DNA from: a virus
IMG/VR virus record: IMGVR_UViG_3300010883_000017
Coordinates: 9,849 to 73,848 of that record
Direction: 5' to 3' (one strand)
DNA: 64,000 nucleotides
This document shows positions 24,505-34,532 of the stretch, one piece after another; positions within the stretch are counted from its first letter, which is position 1; each line of letters starts with the position of its first letter. A program made the translations under genes and the position numbers. A model generated the notes under the pieces. That model was not told the DNA's origin, did not search any database, and saw only the letters and a list, made by a program, of their open reading frames with translations.

Positions 24505-25569
24505 GTGACAAGGACGCGCTTAATGCACAAAACAGAAGTAAAAGAACTTCGTTTACAAGTGGCCGATACCGGTGATATCTGGGCTACGTCTTGGTTGGAA
24601 TCGCACCCGCGCTGCGTGGCCAGCGGTATCGAGGATCTAATAGCGTCTAAGCTGTTTTTAGCGTCTACATCTGTAGCGATAGTGGCATTTCCGACAAATG
24701 TGAAATTGATTACAGAAATTTACTTACGGAAACACAAGGACGCTGACTATTCGATTTGGGTAGCGTCGCCTCTATTAGTGGGGGCGACGAAGCCTGATCG
24801 GATAGATCCTGTTTCTGTTTTAGAGGCGTCTCACGCCTTGGATCCACACCTATCGCCGAGCCTGGGAGGGTGGCATCAGTTTGGTAAGGCGGATTATCCT
24901 GCGTATGCTTTGGCAGAAATAGTTTCTCAGAACAGTAGCATTTCTGACCAGGCAATACAGCTGTTAGAAGCGCATCCGGTGTGGCCTGCGCTGTCGTTCA
25001 TCTCCGGGTTAAATAAGAAGATGTGTTGTCGTCTTCTCGCTACTGTGTTGGACCCGCGGTGGTATATAGATTTGAAGCAACCTGCGCGCACTTCACGGCT
25101 TGAATCTTATTTAGGTCTTACCTTGCGGGTGCAGCGGACGGCGTTAAACATGTTGACCGACGTAGATCCAACAAATAAGAACAGCCGTGAAAAGATTGAT
25201 AAAGTGTTGACGGGTATGACCGAGTACGAAGCGAGGATGGTTGAGCGGTGTACCGCAGTTCAATACTGTTGGTGGCGTGATCCGGCGGTTCTGACTTGTC
25301 CTGATAGCGGAGCTACTCCTGGCCAACCGCTCCTGGAGGCGCCTGGCGGGTTTTTATGGCGTGTCTGGTTTTCTCACGGAAAATCACCGAAAGGGTACCT
25401 ACGTGCATCTCAGCAATTTGTTAGGTTTTTACGTGATTCGTGGTTGGATGCGTTATATTCAAAAACCGTTGGAGATGGTTTGTTTATTCCGGACTACTTT
25501 TTCAAGCATAACTACGAGCAGCTGTCTTTCATGCAGCACATGGCTAGGTTTGAAAGCGATCGAGGTTAG
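24505..25569 (+). CDS. hypothetical protein with IS110/Nop-like C-terminal region
   Basis: HPVWPALSFISGL...LLATVLDPRWY...RLESYLGL and RASQQFVRFLRDSW. Confidence 0.5.
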   Translation: MTRTRLMHKTEVKELRLQVADTGDIWATSWLESHPRCVASGIEDLIASKLFLASTSVAIVAFPTNVKLITEIYLRKHKDADYSIWVASPLLVGATKPDRIDPVSVLEASHALDPHLSPSLGGWHQFGKADYPAYALAEIVSQNSSISDQAIQLLEAHPVWPALSFISGLNKKMCCRLLATVLDPRWYIDLKQPARTSRLESYLGLTLRVQRTALNMLTDVDPTNKNSREKIDKVLTGMTEYEARMVERCTAVQYCWWRDPAVLTCPDSGATPGQPLLEAPGGFLWRVWFSHGKSPKGYLRASQQFVRFLRDSWLDALYSKTVGDGLFIPDYFFKHNYEQLSFMQHMARFESDRG

Positions 25570-25571
25570 CG

Positions 25572-26108
25572 GTGCAAGAAATAACAATCAGGTTGCGATT
25601 TAATCAACCGTGTCCCGGCTCTGTACGAACGCAAGACGGTAAAAATGTTCTTCATGTTCATCAGCGGGATCCGGAGGGGCGCATTATGTTCCTCCCCAGC
25701 TGGTGGTCGGCGCTGATACGGTATGCCGCTAAGGTTTTGAATAGGCACCAGTCTGAGGCCAAAAAGATTAGCTGGGACCCCGTAATTGACGGCGTGCCGC
25801 GGAAGTGGAAGCGCTACCTTCCGACACCTGCAGGTAAATCATCTGCGCGTGCGCGGTACGCTCTGCATGAGGCGTTTCTTCCGGGCAGCGTTATTGGTGT
25901 AAACTGTGTGCTTCCGCGGGCTATATCTACTGATGACATGTGGCAACTATTGGATATTGCTGGAAGTTACAAGGGCATTAGCCCATACAAGCCAAATGAA
26001 GGCTATGGTACGTTTTGTGTAGTCTCTCTTCATAGAAGGAGGCGTTCTTTAGAAAAGCCGGAGGTCTCATTAGAGGAGCCAACGCCCGAGGCAAAGACAG
26101 AAGATTAA
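25572..26108 (+). CDS. second, minimal RAMP/Cas7-like protein
   Basis: ITIRLRFNQPCPG, RDPEGRIMF, HEAFLPG, LLDIAGSYKGISPYKPNEGYGTFCV. Confidence 0.55.
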   Translation: MQEITIRLRFNQPCPGSVRTQDGKNVLHVHQRDPEGRIMFLPSWWSALIRYAAKVLNRHQSEAKKISWDPVIDGVPRKWKRYLPTPAGKSSARARYALHEAFLPGSVIGVNCVLPRAISTDDMWQLLDIAGSYKGISPYKPNEGYGTFCVVSLHRRRRSLEKPEVSLEEPTPEAKTED

Positions 26109-26117
26109 GGGGGTAAT

Positions 26118-27626
26118 ATGGCACAGCCATCACTTTTACTTCGAAAGTTCGGAGTCATGATTGATCTGGGGCTGGCCAATGGCGAGCCCCTTCCTGAAGA
26201 TATTCGCATAGCGTTTACGTCTCAAATGGCGTACACACATGTGCAGCATCTACACGGCGCGGACAAGTGGGATCCCGTTACCGGTATACAAAGAAATATC
26301 CAGACCACGCGAGTCTTACTTCATAAGATCGTAGATGGTCGGATTACTACTTGTTGTGGTTACATTCCGCGCATTCTTAGAACGGCGCAGGAATTAGGCT
26401 GCACAGTAGATATTCAAGACCTTACTCCGGAAGACTCTAACACTCCGGGAGCTTACGAGACTGATTGGGAGAACGTGCATGACCGGGTACAGTTTCGTGT
26501 CCGGCAAGAGGAGTGCCTGCGTGCTGTTGCAGACAATCCTGGCGGGATCATTAAAGCACCGCCGGCGTTTGGAAAATCTCACTTAATCGCAGCTATTGCG
26601 ATTCTGTACCCCCGCGCAAAAATACACGTTGTTATTAAGCGGCGGGATCTGGTCGAGAGCACGGTTCGTACACTGCGTGGCGTACTGCCCCAAGTTGGTG
26701 TCGTACGCGGCGGCGAGTACAAGCCTAGTCGTGTTACGGTGTTTACGGCGGCGTCCTTGCACCGTAGTGAAGGGGATGCTGATATCCTCATATGCGACGA
26801 GGTACATGAGTTGATGAGCCCGAGTTATTCTGAAGCCCTTGCGAGAACCTATAAATTTTCTAGGAACTTTGGGCTCAGCGCTACTCCGGAAGGGCGTGCA
26901 GATAATGCCGACGCAAAGTTGGAGTATTTGTTTGGTCCGCTCATCTTTGATATGCCCTGGCAAGAAGCGACGGAGCTCGGGTTGATTGTGCCGATCGAAG
27001 CGCGGTGGGTTCCTATTCAGATGGCTCGTAATCCTGCGCAAGGTAGGAAAGATGTGGCCAAAAAACGGTGGGGAATCTGGCGAAATGAATATCGGAATGC
27101 TGTAATTGGGCATACGGTACGACAGCATGGAGATGACGACCAAGTTTTAATCTTGGTCGAAACCATCGAACACGCAGTTAATCTTTGGCAGCGGTTGCCT
27201 GAGTATGAACTGTGTTACGCTGAAATGGAGATGGAGGACCTAGAGCGCTATAAGCGTAACGGGTTGCTACCGGAATCCTACGAACCCATGACAGGGGAAA
27301 AAAGATCTGCGCTGCGTGTTGCATTTGAGAACCACGAGGTTAAAAAAGTAATTGCAACTGATGTGTGGAGTACCGGAGTTAGTTTTGAACGGTTAGCTGT
27401 TCTTGTTCGCGCAGACGCCCGTGGTAGTGAGATCATGGATACGCAGGCGCCAGGAAGAGTTGCAAGAATTCATGAGGCTTCTGGGAAGGCCAAGGGGATT
27501 GTGTATGACTTCTATGACCACTTTGATCGCGGATTTAAAAGCAAGAGCCGCACTCGAAGAAAAAACTACGCCAACAAGGGTTGGGAGCAGGTCGACTTTC
27601 CGGCACCGGAGATCCTCGATGCTTGA
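26118..27626 (+). CDS. superfamily 2 helicase (UvsW-like)
   Basis: PPAFGKS, DEVH, SAT, QAPGRVAR. Confidence 0.88.
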   Translation: MAQPSLLLRKFGVMIDLGLANGEPLPEDIRIAFTSQMAYTHVQHLHGADKWDPVTGIQRNIQTTRVLLHKIVDGRITTCCGYIPRILRTAQELGCTVDIQDLTPEDSNTPGAYETDWENVHDRVQFRVRQEECLRAVADNPGGIIKAPPAFGKSHLIAAIAILYPRAKIHVVIKRRDLVESTVRTLRGVLPQVGVVRGGEYKPSRVTVFTAASLHRSEGDADILICDEVHELMSPSYSEALARTYKFSRNFGLSATPEGRADNADAKLEYLFGPLIFDMPWQEATELGLIVPIEARWVPIQMARNPAQGRKDVAKKRWGIWRNEYRNAVIGHTVRQHGDDDQVLILVETIEHAVNLWQRLPEYELCYAEMEMEDLERYKRNGLLPESYEPMTGEKRSALRVAFENHEVKKVIATDVWSTGVSFERLAVLVRADARGSEIMDTQAPGRVARIHEASGKAKGIVYDFYDHFDRGFKSKSRTRRKNYANKGWEQVDFPAPEILDA

Positions 27627-28302
27627 TTCTCCTGGTTCTTTGCAAAATCTGGCGGGCCTCATTCGCTCCACGTGGATTAGGGAGCGGCGCGCACACGAGG
27701 AGCAGTTAACCGGTAAAGATTCTCGATATGCGCAGGGAGATTATCTTCCACGGTATGACGGTGGCGAAGACGGAGCTGGGCGCACGCACAAGCCTTTTTG
27801 GCCGAAAGCTGCTCAATACTCTGTTATGCATAACTTAAACCCGCGTCGTTGGATTCGGTTTGCGCTTGAGACTTTTCAAGCACAGGGGCGGCGGGACACG
27901 CGGCGATTCGCAACCCCGCATACGCTCATTTCTGAATCCCTGCGCAAGAAGTACGAGTTGTACATTCAAGAATTGCCGGAAAGATTTCGTACCGAACTTG
28001 ATTCGCAGAGTTCTACTGCTATGCTCAGATTCCGACAGCGAGCACGGTCTGCTTCTCTGGGTTACACAGAAGACCAGGCGCTTAGATCGGTATTGCTCGA
28101 TCTGTCTTTGCCCCTTTCAGCGTTGTTTCGTTATTCAGCAGCTGAAGAGGGCGGGTTGTCCGACGTGGCTGAGCGGTTTTTTGAGTCTGCGTTGATGCAA
28201 TATTATTTTGAGCGGACCCTGTACGACGCTGCTTGGGCAGGGTACATTCCCGACTCATTACGCCGGGCTGCTGTCGCAGCTCAACAATCGTTTACAGCCT
28301 AA
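27619..28302 (+). CDS. hypothetical protein
   Basis: Overlaps the helicase stop; inside the replication block. Confidence 0.6.
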   Translation: MLDSPGSLQNLAGLIRSTWIRERRAHEEQLTGKDSRYAQGDYLPRYDGGEDGAGRTHKPFWPKAAQYSVMHNLNPRRWIRFALETFQAQGRRDTRRFATPHTLISESLRKKYELYIQELPERFRTELDSQSSTAMLRFRQRARSASLGYTEDQALRSVLLDLSLPLSALFRYSAAEEGGLSDVAERFFESALMQYYFERTLYDAAWAGYIPDSLRRAAVAAQQSFTA

Positions 28303-28320
28303 CTGGGAAGGGAGTACCAT

Positions 28321-29997
28321 ATGGCCAACAGTCGAGGTATCGACGGACAGAATAGCTTTGCCTTTACGAAAGGGCGCATGAGTCCGTCGTTAGTCGAGTC
28401 TATGCTGATTCGACTCTTATCACATCCAGGTTTATTTCAAGAAGCTAAGGGTATTCTCTTACCAACTCATTTTGAGAGCACTGAGTCTCGGTTTTCTGCT
28501 ATTTGGGCGGCGGCCATTCAGTGTGATGATGAGTTTGCTCGGTTGACCTTTGAGACGATGTCAGACCGGGTTGAAGAGTTACTTGCTGATGCAGGAGAAG
28601 ATGTTTCTTCGCAACAGGGAGAGGCGATTTTTGGAACGGACCCAGACCGCCCGGGGATTCTTTACTGGGCGTTATCGCAAGTAGATCCCGCCGATGTCGA
28701 CCTTGATCAAGGGCGCCATCTTCTACGTCGTTTTTTAGAAGAGCGGGTACTTGCTGACGAGCTGCGAAGTGCGCTTGAATTTGCTCCCGGCGGCGTCCCG
28801 TCTAATCTTCCCGCCATTATTGAGCGGGCTAACCAGGCGCGGGAGCGCATCACCAATATTCAAGATGATCCTGTAGAGCTGGGGATCCCTGATAATTGGG
28901 AACCAGAATCGCTCGACATCTGGCCAACATGCTTACCCTTTTTAGACACACCTATGGACGGTGGTCACGCGCGTGGCGAGGTGTACGGGATCTTGGGGCC
29001 GTTTGGCGTTGGGAAAACTACTCTTGGTATTCAACTGTGCGTGGAGCAATGTCGTTACTGGCACGACCGCGAGGTTGAGTATGGAGAAGAGGGTGGGCAG
29101 GTTTTTTTCTTCAGTTATGAGCAATCGGCTACGGAAGTTCGTAGGAAGGCTGTTGCCTGCGCTGCGCGTATTCACATGTCGACGATGAATACTATTACGG
29201 GAGAAGACAGTTTTAGCACTCGGGGTTCTCTTAAGGACTATGAGACGGAGATGTTCAGGCAATCTGGCCTACTGTCTAACGGTGCTCCGCCTCCGCCAGG
29301 AGAGCTAGAGCGGTACGAGGATATTAAGGAGATGCTGCGCACACACTTACGTATTGTTGATCTCTCTGGCGGCGCTAAGAAGCGTACCGGTGATGGGTAT
29401 GTAGGCGAGATCGCAGCAATTCTTGAAAATAGCGTAAGGAAGCACAATTCTAAGCCTCGCATGGTTTGTATAGATCATGTGTGGCTTGCGGCGTACCGGC
29501 ATCTATCGTCACAGGGAATGGATGAGCGGCGATTGCGGCACTTCATTACCATGTTTGGTGACGATATGAAGACTAAAGTTGCTGAGCGGTACGAGATTCC
29601 TTGTTGGTTGTTGCATCAATATAACGGTGATGCGAATAAGGCCTCTCCGGCTAAGCTTCTTCATCATACCCAGGCGGCAGAGTCTTCTAGCTTTGCTATG
29701 CCTTTATCTTTTTGCTTTTGCATTGGAAATAAAGATCAGCAGTCTAATACTGCGCAGATGGTCTGCACCAAGCGACGGCGATCGGGAAATCCATTACCGC
29801 CCTCAATACTTGAAATTGAGGGGCAGTTTTCGACATTGCTTGATAGAACTGACGCCTTTGTTGTCCAGCATGATAAGATTCTCCCCCGAGAGTTAGCTGA
29901 GCAGTTTGGCGGTTCAGCAGAGGAGGTAAATTATGTTCCACGTCCACAGCAGGGTGGTGGTTTGGATGGTGCGGGAGTCTGGGGCCCGGGAGTATGA
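28321..29997 (+). CDS. DnaB-like replicative helicase
   Basis: GPFGVGKT, FSYE, CIDH, LHQ; upstream of primase. Confidence 0.8.
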   Translation: MANSRGIDGQNSFAFTKGRMSPSLVESMLIRLLSHPGLFQEAKGILLPTHFESTESRFSAIWAAAIQCDDEFARLTFETMSDRVEELLADAGEDVSSQQGEAIFGTDPDRPGILYWALSQVDPADVDLDQGRHLLRRFLEERVLADELRSALEFAPGGVPSNLPAIIERANQARERITNIQDDPVELGIPDNWEPESLDIWPTCLPFLDTPMDGGHARGEVYGILGPFGVGKTTLGIQLCVEQCRYWHDREVEYGEEGGQVFFFSYEQSATEVRRKAVACAARIHMSTMNTITGEDSFSTRGSLKDYETEMFRQSGLLSNGAPPPPGELERYEDIKEMLRTHLRIVDLSGGAKKRTGDGYVGEIAAILENSVRKHNSKPRMVCIDHVWLAAYRHLSSQGMDERRLRHFITMFGDDMKTKVAERYEIPCWLLHQYNGDANKASPAKLLHHTQAAESSSFAMPLSFCFCIGNKDQQSNTAQMVCTKRRRSGNPLPPSILEIEGQFSTLLDRTDAFVVQHDKILPRELAEQFGGSAEEVNYVPRPQQGGGLDGAGVWGPGV

Positions 29998-31079
29998 TGA
30001 GTAGCGGTGCACAGGTACTTAATCCTGAGTTGTACCGGCGTCTTCAGAAAAACTTTGGTAATGTATTGATTGCGAATCCCGGCGAGGGATTTGTGGCAAC
30101 TGTACGCCGAGGGTTGGACGGGCGCCCTAAGCAGCAGATAGCGCACTCTGGGGAGTACTACAGAGTGTGCTGTCCTTATTGTAAAGACACCCGTAACCGA
30201 TTATGGGTGAACCATAAATTCGGGGCCTTTGATGAAAATACACGCAGTAAAAATACGCACTTGGCTATTTGCTACAACGAGAACTGCCTAACCCACCCGG
30301 CACAGCGGCAGCGTTTTGAAAACGCGATATTCCTCGGAATGAACTGGTCTCAACGTAAAGCCGTGGTTGTTCAGCGGGGCAGTACGCACGACGATACGCT
30401 TCGTGTTGTAAGTCCACCGGGCACGCTTGTTCCTGTTAATCAGCTCGCAGATGGCCATAAGGTTTCAGCATATTTGCGTAGTCGTGGCTACTCTCCGGAG
30501 GAGCTCGGGACGTCTTTTCATGTTGATTATTGTGAGTTCGCCGAGCCTAAGTACCCTGCAGCCGCCGATCGTATTGTGGCGTCTGTTGTAATGGACGGGC
30601 AGCTTGTTGGTTGGCAGTGTCGTTTTATTGGTGACATTGACTGGAAGCGTGCGGGGATGGCTAAGTACTATACCCGGCCGGGTATGCCTAAGAGGTTGAT
30701 GTTTTACAACTATGATCAGGCTAAGAATTATCCATTGGTGGTTCTTACTGAGGGTATCTCAGATGTTTGGGCTGTCGGTCCGCAAGCAGTTGCCATGCTT
30801 GGTAAAAAGTTGCACGCCTCTCAAGAGCGCCTCTTGTGCGACACATGGGGCGAAGGTGTGCTGGTCGTAATGCTGGACCCCGACGCACGAGATGAAACTG
30901 ATAAGTTGGTTCAGCGGTTAGAGTCTAAATTTGCAGGTGGTGTGGTTCCTGTTTACTTAGATGAGCAGGACCCCGGCGATCTTGATCGGGATGTTATCTG
31001 GTCAATTATTTCTGAAGAGTTAAAATCACGTAATTACCAAATGTATTCACTAGAAGAAAAAGAAGGAGATATATCATGA
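29994..31079 (+). CDS. DNA primase
   Basis: CPYC..C zinc finger, GWQCR, TEGISD, DPD, DPGD. Confidence 0.85.
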   Translation: MMSSGAQVLNPELYRRLQKNFGNVLIANPGEGFVATVRRGLDGRPKQQIAHSGEYYRVCCPYCKDTRNRLWVNHKFGAFDENTRSKNTHLAICYNENCLTHPAQRQRFENAIFLGMNWSQRKAVVVQRGSTHDDTLRVVSPPGTLVPVNQLADGHKVSAYLRSRGYSPEELGTSFHVDYCEFAEPKYPAAADRIVASVVMDGQLVGWQCRFIGDIDWKRAGMAKYYTRPGMPKRLMFYNYDQAKNYPLVVLTEGISDVWAVGPQAVAMLGKKLHASQERLLCDTWGEGVLVVMLDPDARDETDKLVQRLESKFAGGVVPVYLDEQDPGDLDRDVIWSIISEELKSRNYQMYSLEEKEGDIS

Positions 31080-31282
31080 CGCTGTCGCCAGGAGAACTAT
31101 TGAAAGAGGCTACTGTTGCTCATTTTCAAGCTGAGAAGCGGAAGTCGCAGGCTGTACTTGCCGTTTATTTTGAGAACCCGGTTGGAATTGGAGAACATTC
31201 TGATTTGTTGGAAGAGACTGTGAAGCACGTGGAAGCCTTGGCTAACGCGACGGACTGCTTGGAAGCGTTGGAGCAGCTCTAA
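31076..31282 (+). CDS. conserved hypothetical phage protein
   Basis: NPVGIGEHSDL motif. Confidence 0.65.
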   Translation: MTLSPGELLKEATVAHFQAEKRKSQAVLAVYFENPVGIGEHSDLLEETVKHVEALANATDCLEALEQL

Positions 31283-31284
31283 TC

Positions 31285-34200
31285 GTGCCTGCGCAATTTC
31301 CTATGGACGATAGGCAGTTTCAGTCGTTTTTATACGGCGACGACTGCGAGGAGCTGCTTGATGCATATCCTTTTTACCCGTTGAATAGTCCTGGGATTCC
31401 GCTTCCTGGTTCAGACTTTATTGAAGAGGCACGCCGGCTTGGGGACGCTGCTCCGGAGACGGAGGGGCGCGGTAGCGCGGAGCGTCTTCTAGCCTCTGGT
31501 AAGTATTTGGACTATCTCTACTTGCGCGCCCTTTACGACGCGGACTTTAGTATGTCTGTCGATGTAAAAGGTGTGCCGCGGCAAGCTAGCTTTGTGACGG
31601 GCCATCTATGGGGTGGCGCACCTGAGGAGGCTGGCCCGCGCGCGGCACGGGCGATGGTCATTGGGAAAATGGCTCCGAGTGACTGGGGGTCTTCGCGGAT
31701 CACCGGCGATACTGAGCGTGGTCCGCGTTTTCTTGTTGGTAACGCTGGGTGTCTCATAGAAGATCGGATGAAAGCGCTCGGGGTACCAGAAAGCGAGTAT
31801 CTTACTTGGTACGTTACTGCGCTGGTCAAGCATCAGAACTTGAACACTACTGGTAACTCCCTTCCGCAGGCGTGGATTAGAAATTGTGCGCCAATACTTG
31901 CTCAAGAGCTTCGACTAGTTAAGCCTGACTATATTCTCTGTTTTGGGACAGAGGCGAGTAAGCATCTTTTGGGCCCCAAAGGCGGCGTCGACCAGATGCG
32001 CGGTCGAATTGCTGAGTATAAGTTCGCGTGCCACGAACTCAACGAAGAGCCGGATTACCACACGGCAAAAGTTGTTACGGTTATTAATCCGGCGGCGGTG
32101 CTGCGTACTCCTGAGCGGCAGGACGAATTTGATATGGGGCTGCGGCGGTTCGGTGAGCTCGTAGCGGGTAATATCGTCGACGACCACGAGCACGATATTG
32201 ATCATCGCATCGTTTACAAACAGCGGGAGCTTAAAAAGATTGTCGACGAGATCCTCGCTGAAGATGGTGATGATTTAATCATTGCCGTGGATGCGGAGTG
32301 GCACGGGGGCAATCCCTGGGAGCCGGGGTCTTATCTGCGTACGGTACAGTTTTCCCATAAGGCTAAATTTGCTTGTTGTGTTGTGCTTAATGAGCAAGGC
32401 GGGCTTCCCGCATTTGTACCCTCTAAGGAAGCTGCAGTTAGCGAACTGCGGCGTTTGTTTGATGCGGACGGCAGTGGGAAGAACGTCCAAGTTGGCGGCC
32501 ACTTCTTTCGTTCAGATATTCCTTGGATACATGAGAAGCTTGGGATAGATCTGCGCGAGCTTTATAGGCGTGGTTTTGATACTGCGCTCATGTGCCACGC
32601 CGTTAACGAGACAGCTCGGTTTAAGTTAGAGGATATCGCCGTCCGTTATACGACGTGCCCGCGCTGGGATGTGGAGTTACAAACGTGGAAGAAGGACTAC
32701 TGCACCGAGAATAAATTGAAGGACAAAGACCTGGAAGGTTACGGTGAGTGTCCTGATGCTGTTCTGTACCCTTATGGCGCGTATGATGCCGACGCTACCC
32801 GTCGCTTGGTTGACGTTTTTAACGAGCTGATGGAGCGCGACGTACATGGTAATAACTGTGTAGCTGCGTATGAGATTAGTCATAACGCATCGCTGGGAGT
32901 TCTAGAGATGGAGCTCGCGGGTCTTGGTGTAGACATGGAGCGCGCAGAGGCGCTTATTAGTACGTTTTCAGAAGCGCGCACCGAGTTGCTAGAGCAGCTG
33001 CGTGTAGAGATTCACTGGCCTGATTTTAATCCTGCTTCTTCGCCACAGTGTCGGGCGTTGTTATTTGGTGATAAGTATGCCAAGAAAGTTTCTGGTGATG
33101 GGTACGTTAATGTGCGTCCAGAGGGCGCATTGACCCTTGAACTGGAGCCGATTACTAGCACAGGGCAGCGCCCTCGTGCGTGGTCTGATGTGCTAACGAG
33201 TAACGATGCGGCGTTGTATACGCCCTCTACGAACGGCGAAACATTAGGAATTTTGGGACAACAACATCCTATTGCAGGCCGCGTTCGGGATATTAGGTTC
33301 TTAGAGCAGGTGTTGAAAACGGCGCTACGCCCCGCTGACGAGGCGGTTGATGGGGCAGCTCCTCAGTATTCTTCTGGTCTGTTGTCGCACGTTGGCGCAG
33401 ACGGGCGGATTCGTACCCACTTGTTACAGACAATGGAGACGGGTCGGTTCAGCTCTAGTCGGCCGAACTTGCAAAACATAAGCAAGCGGCGAGAAGATGA
33501 CTACCGTAGAATTTTAGGCGACAGTTACCTGTACCCGATCCGCACCGTGTTTACCGCTAAGCCGGGTCATGTGTTTATAGAGGCGGATTACACAGGAGCG
33601 GAGCTTGCTGGGATTATGTGGATGTCGGGAGATCCTACGGGTATAGAACATGTTCGTCGAAACATGCTTCCCGAGGATCATGAAGATTACTATGACATAC
33701 ACAGTCAAGCAGCTGTGCGGGCGTTTAACCTAACCTGCGAACCGACTAAGCATGGTTTGTACTCTGCGGGTCGTCCGGGTCTTCGTGTTGCCGCAAAAAA
33801 TGTAAATTTCGGTATTCCTTATGGGCGAGGGCCGGCGGCTATCGCACGGCAATGTCGAGAAGAGGGCGTGGACCTCGGAGAGGTAGAGGCGCAGCTTCTT
33901 ATTGACAACTACTTTGAAACGTATCCAAAGACGAAAACGTTTTTGGCGGATTGCCGTGCGCGGGTGTCTGACCCTGGTTGGATGTGTAATACGTTTGGTA
34001 GGTACCGTCGTTTCCATAAATCTGAAGAGCGATCGGTGGTTGCCGACCAAGAGCGACAAGCGCAGAATTTTCCTATTCAATCACTTGTTGCTGATGCTAC
34101 GAGCATAGCTATCGCTAATTTGTACGAGTATCGCGAGCAAAATCCTCGCGTTGCATACGATATTGTATTGCAGATACATGACGCGGTGCTTTTAGAGGTG

Positions 34201-34416
34201 CCGGTAGAGTGGGTGGAGGTAGTCTGTGATGAGGTGTTGCCTTATTGCATGACAGAATTAATTCCTGTGACTCCGTCTGATTTATCTGGCGCCCCCCTGA
34301 GTGGTGAGCAGCAAACTTATAGACTCGTGGGAGACCACGATATCTCTGTTCATTGGGGTATTTCATTGACAGCAGAAACGGCACGGGAGTTAGGTATTCC
34401 GCCTCGTCTTCTTTAG
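31285..34416 (+). CDS. polA: family A DNA polymerase with N-terminal uracil-DNA-glycosylase-like domain and 3'-5' exonuclease
   Basis: UDG-like ELRLVKPDYILCFG..NPAAVLR; exonuclease DAE, YGAYDAD; polymerase TGRFSS..PNLQN, ADYTGAEL, AKNVNFGIPYG, QIHDAV. Confidence 0.92.
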   Translation: MPAQFPMDDRQFQSFLYGDDCEELLDAYPFYPLNSPGIPLPGSDFIEEARRLGDAAPETEGRGSAERLLASGKYLDYLYLRALYDADFSMSVDVKGVPRQASFVTGHLWGGAPEEAGPRAARAMVIGKMAPSDWGSSRITGDTERGPRFLVGNAGCLIEDRMKALGVPESEYLTWYVTALVKHQNLNTTGNSLPQAWIRNCAPILAQELRLVKPDYILCFGTEASKHLLGPKGGVDQMRGRIAEYKFACHELNEEPDYHTAKVVTVINPAAVLRTPERQDEFDMGLRRFGELVAGNIVDDHEHDIDHRIVYKQRELKKIVDEILAEDGDDLIIAVDAEWHGGNPWEPGSYLRTVQFSHKAKFACCVVLNEQGGLPAFVPSKEAAVSELRRLFDADGSGKNVQVGGHFFRSDIPWIHEKLGIDLRELYRRGFDTALMCHAVNETARFKLEDIAVRYTTCPRWDVELQTWKKDYCTENKLKDKDLEGYGECPDAVLYPYGAYDADATRRLVDVFNELMERDVHGNNCVAAYEISHNASLGVLEMELAGLGVDMERAEALISTFSEARTELLEQLRVEIHWPDFNPASSPQCRALLFGDKYAKKVSGDGYVNVRPEGALTLELEPITSTGQRPRAWSDVLTSNDAALYTPSTNGETLGILGQQHPIAGRVRDIRFLEQVLKTALRPADEAVDGAAPQYSSGLLSHVGADGRIRTHLLQTMETGRFSSSRPNLQNISKRREDDYRRILGDSYLYPIRTVFTAKPGHVFIEADYTGAELAGIMWMSGDPTGIEHVRRNMLPEDHEDYYDIHSQAAVRAFNLTCEPTKHGLYSAGRPGLRVAAKNVNFGIPYGRGPAAIARQCREEGVDLGEVEAQLLIDNYFETYPKTKTFLADCRARVSDPGWMCNTFGRYRRFHKSEERSVVADQERQAQNFPIQSLVADATSIAIANLYEYREQNPRVAYDIVLQIHDAVLLEVPVEWVEVVCDEVLPYCMTELIPVTPSDLSGAPLSGEQQTYRLVGDHDISVHWGISLTAETARELGIPPRLL

Positions 34417-34532
34417 TATTTTTTGCTGTGATTACTGACCCACATATGCTTGTGGTCCTGCAATTCTGTGTTAGAATTGCATTGACCAATAACCGACTTT
34501 GTTTTAACCAATTTGTGAAAGTGAGGCTGAAG

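Noticed and set aside
24505-25569. Active IS110 insertion element
   Set aside because: No DEDD catalytic motif, no non-coding ends, tightly coupled to both neighbours
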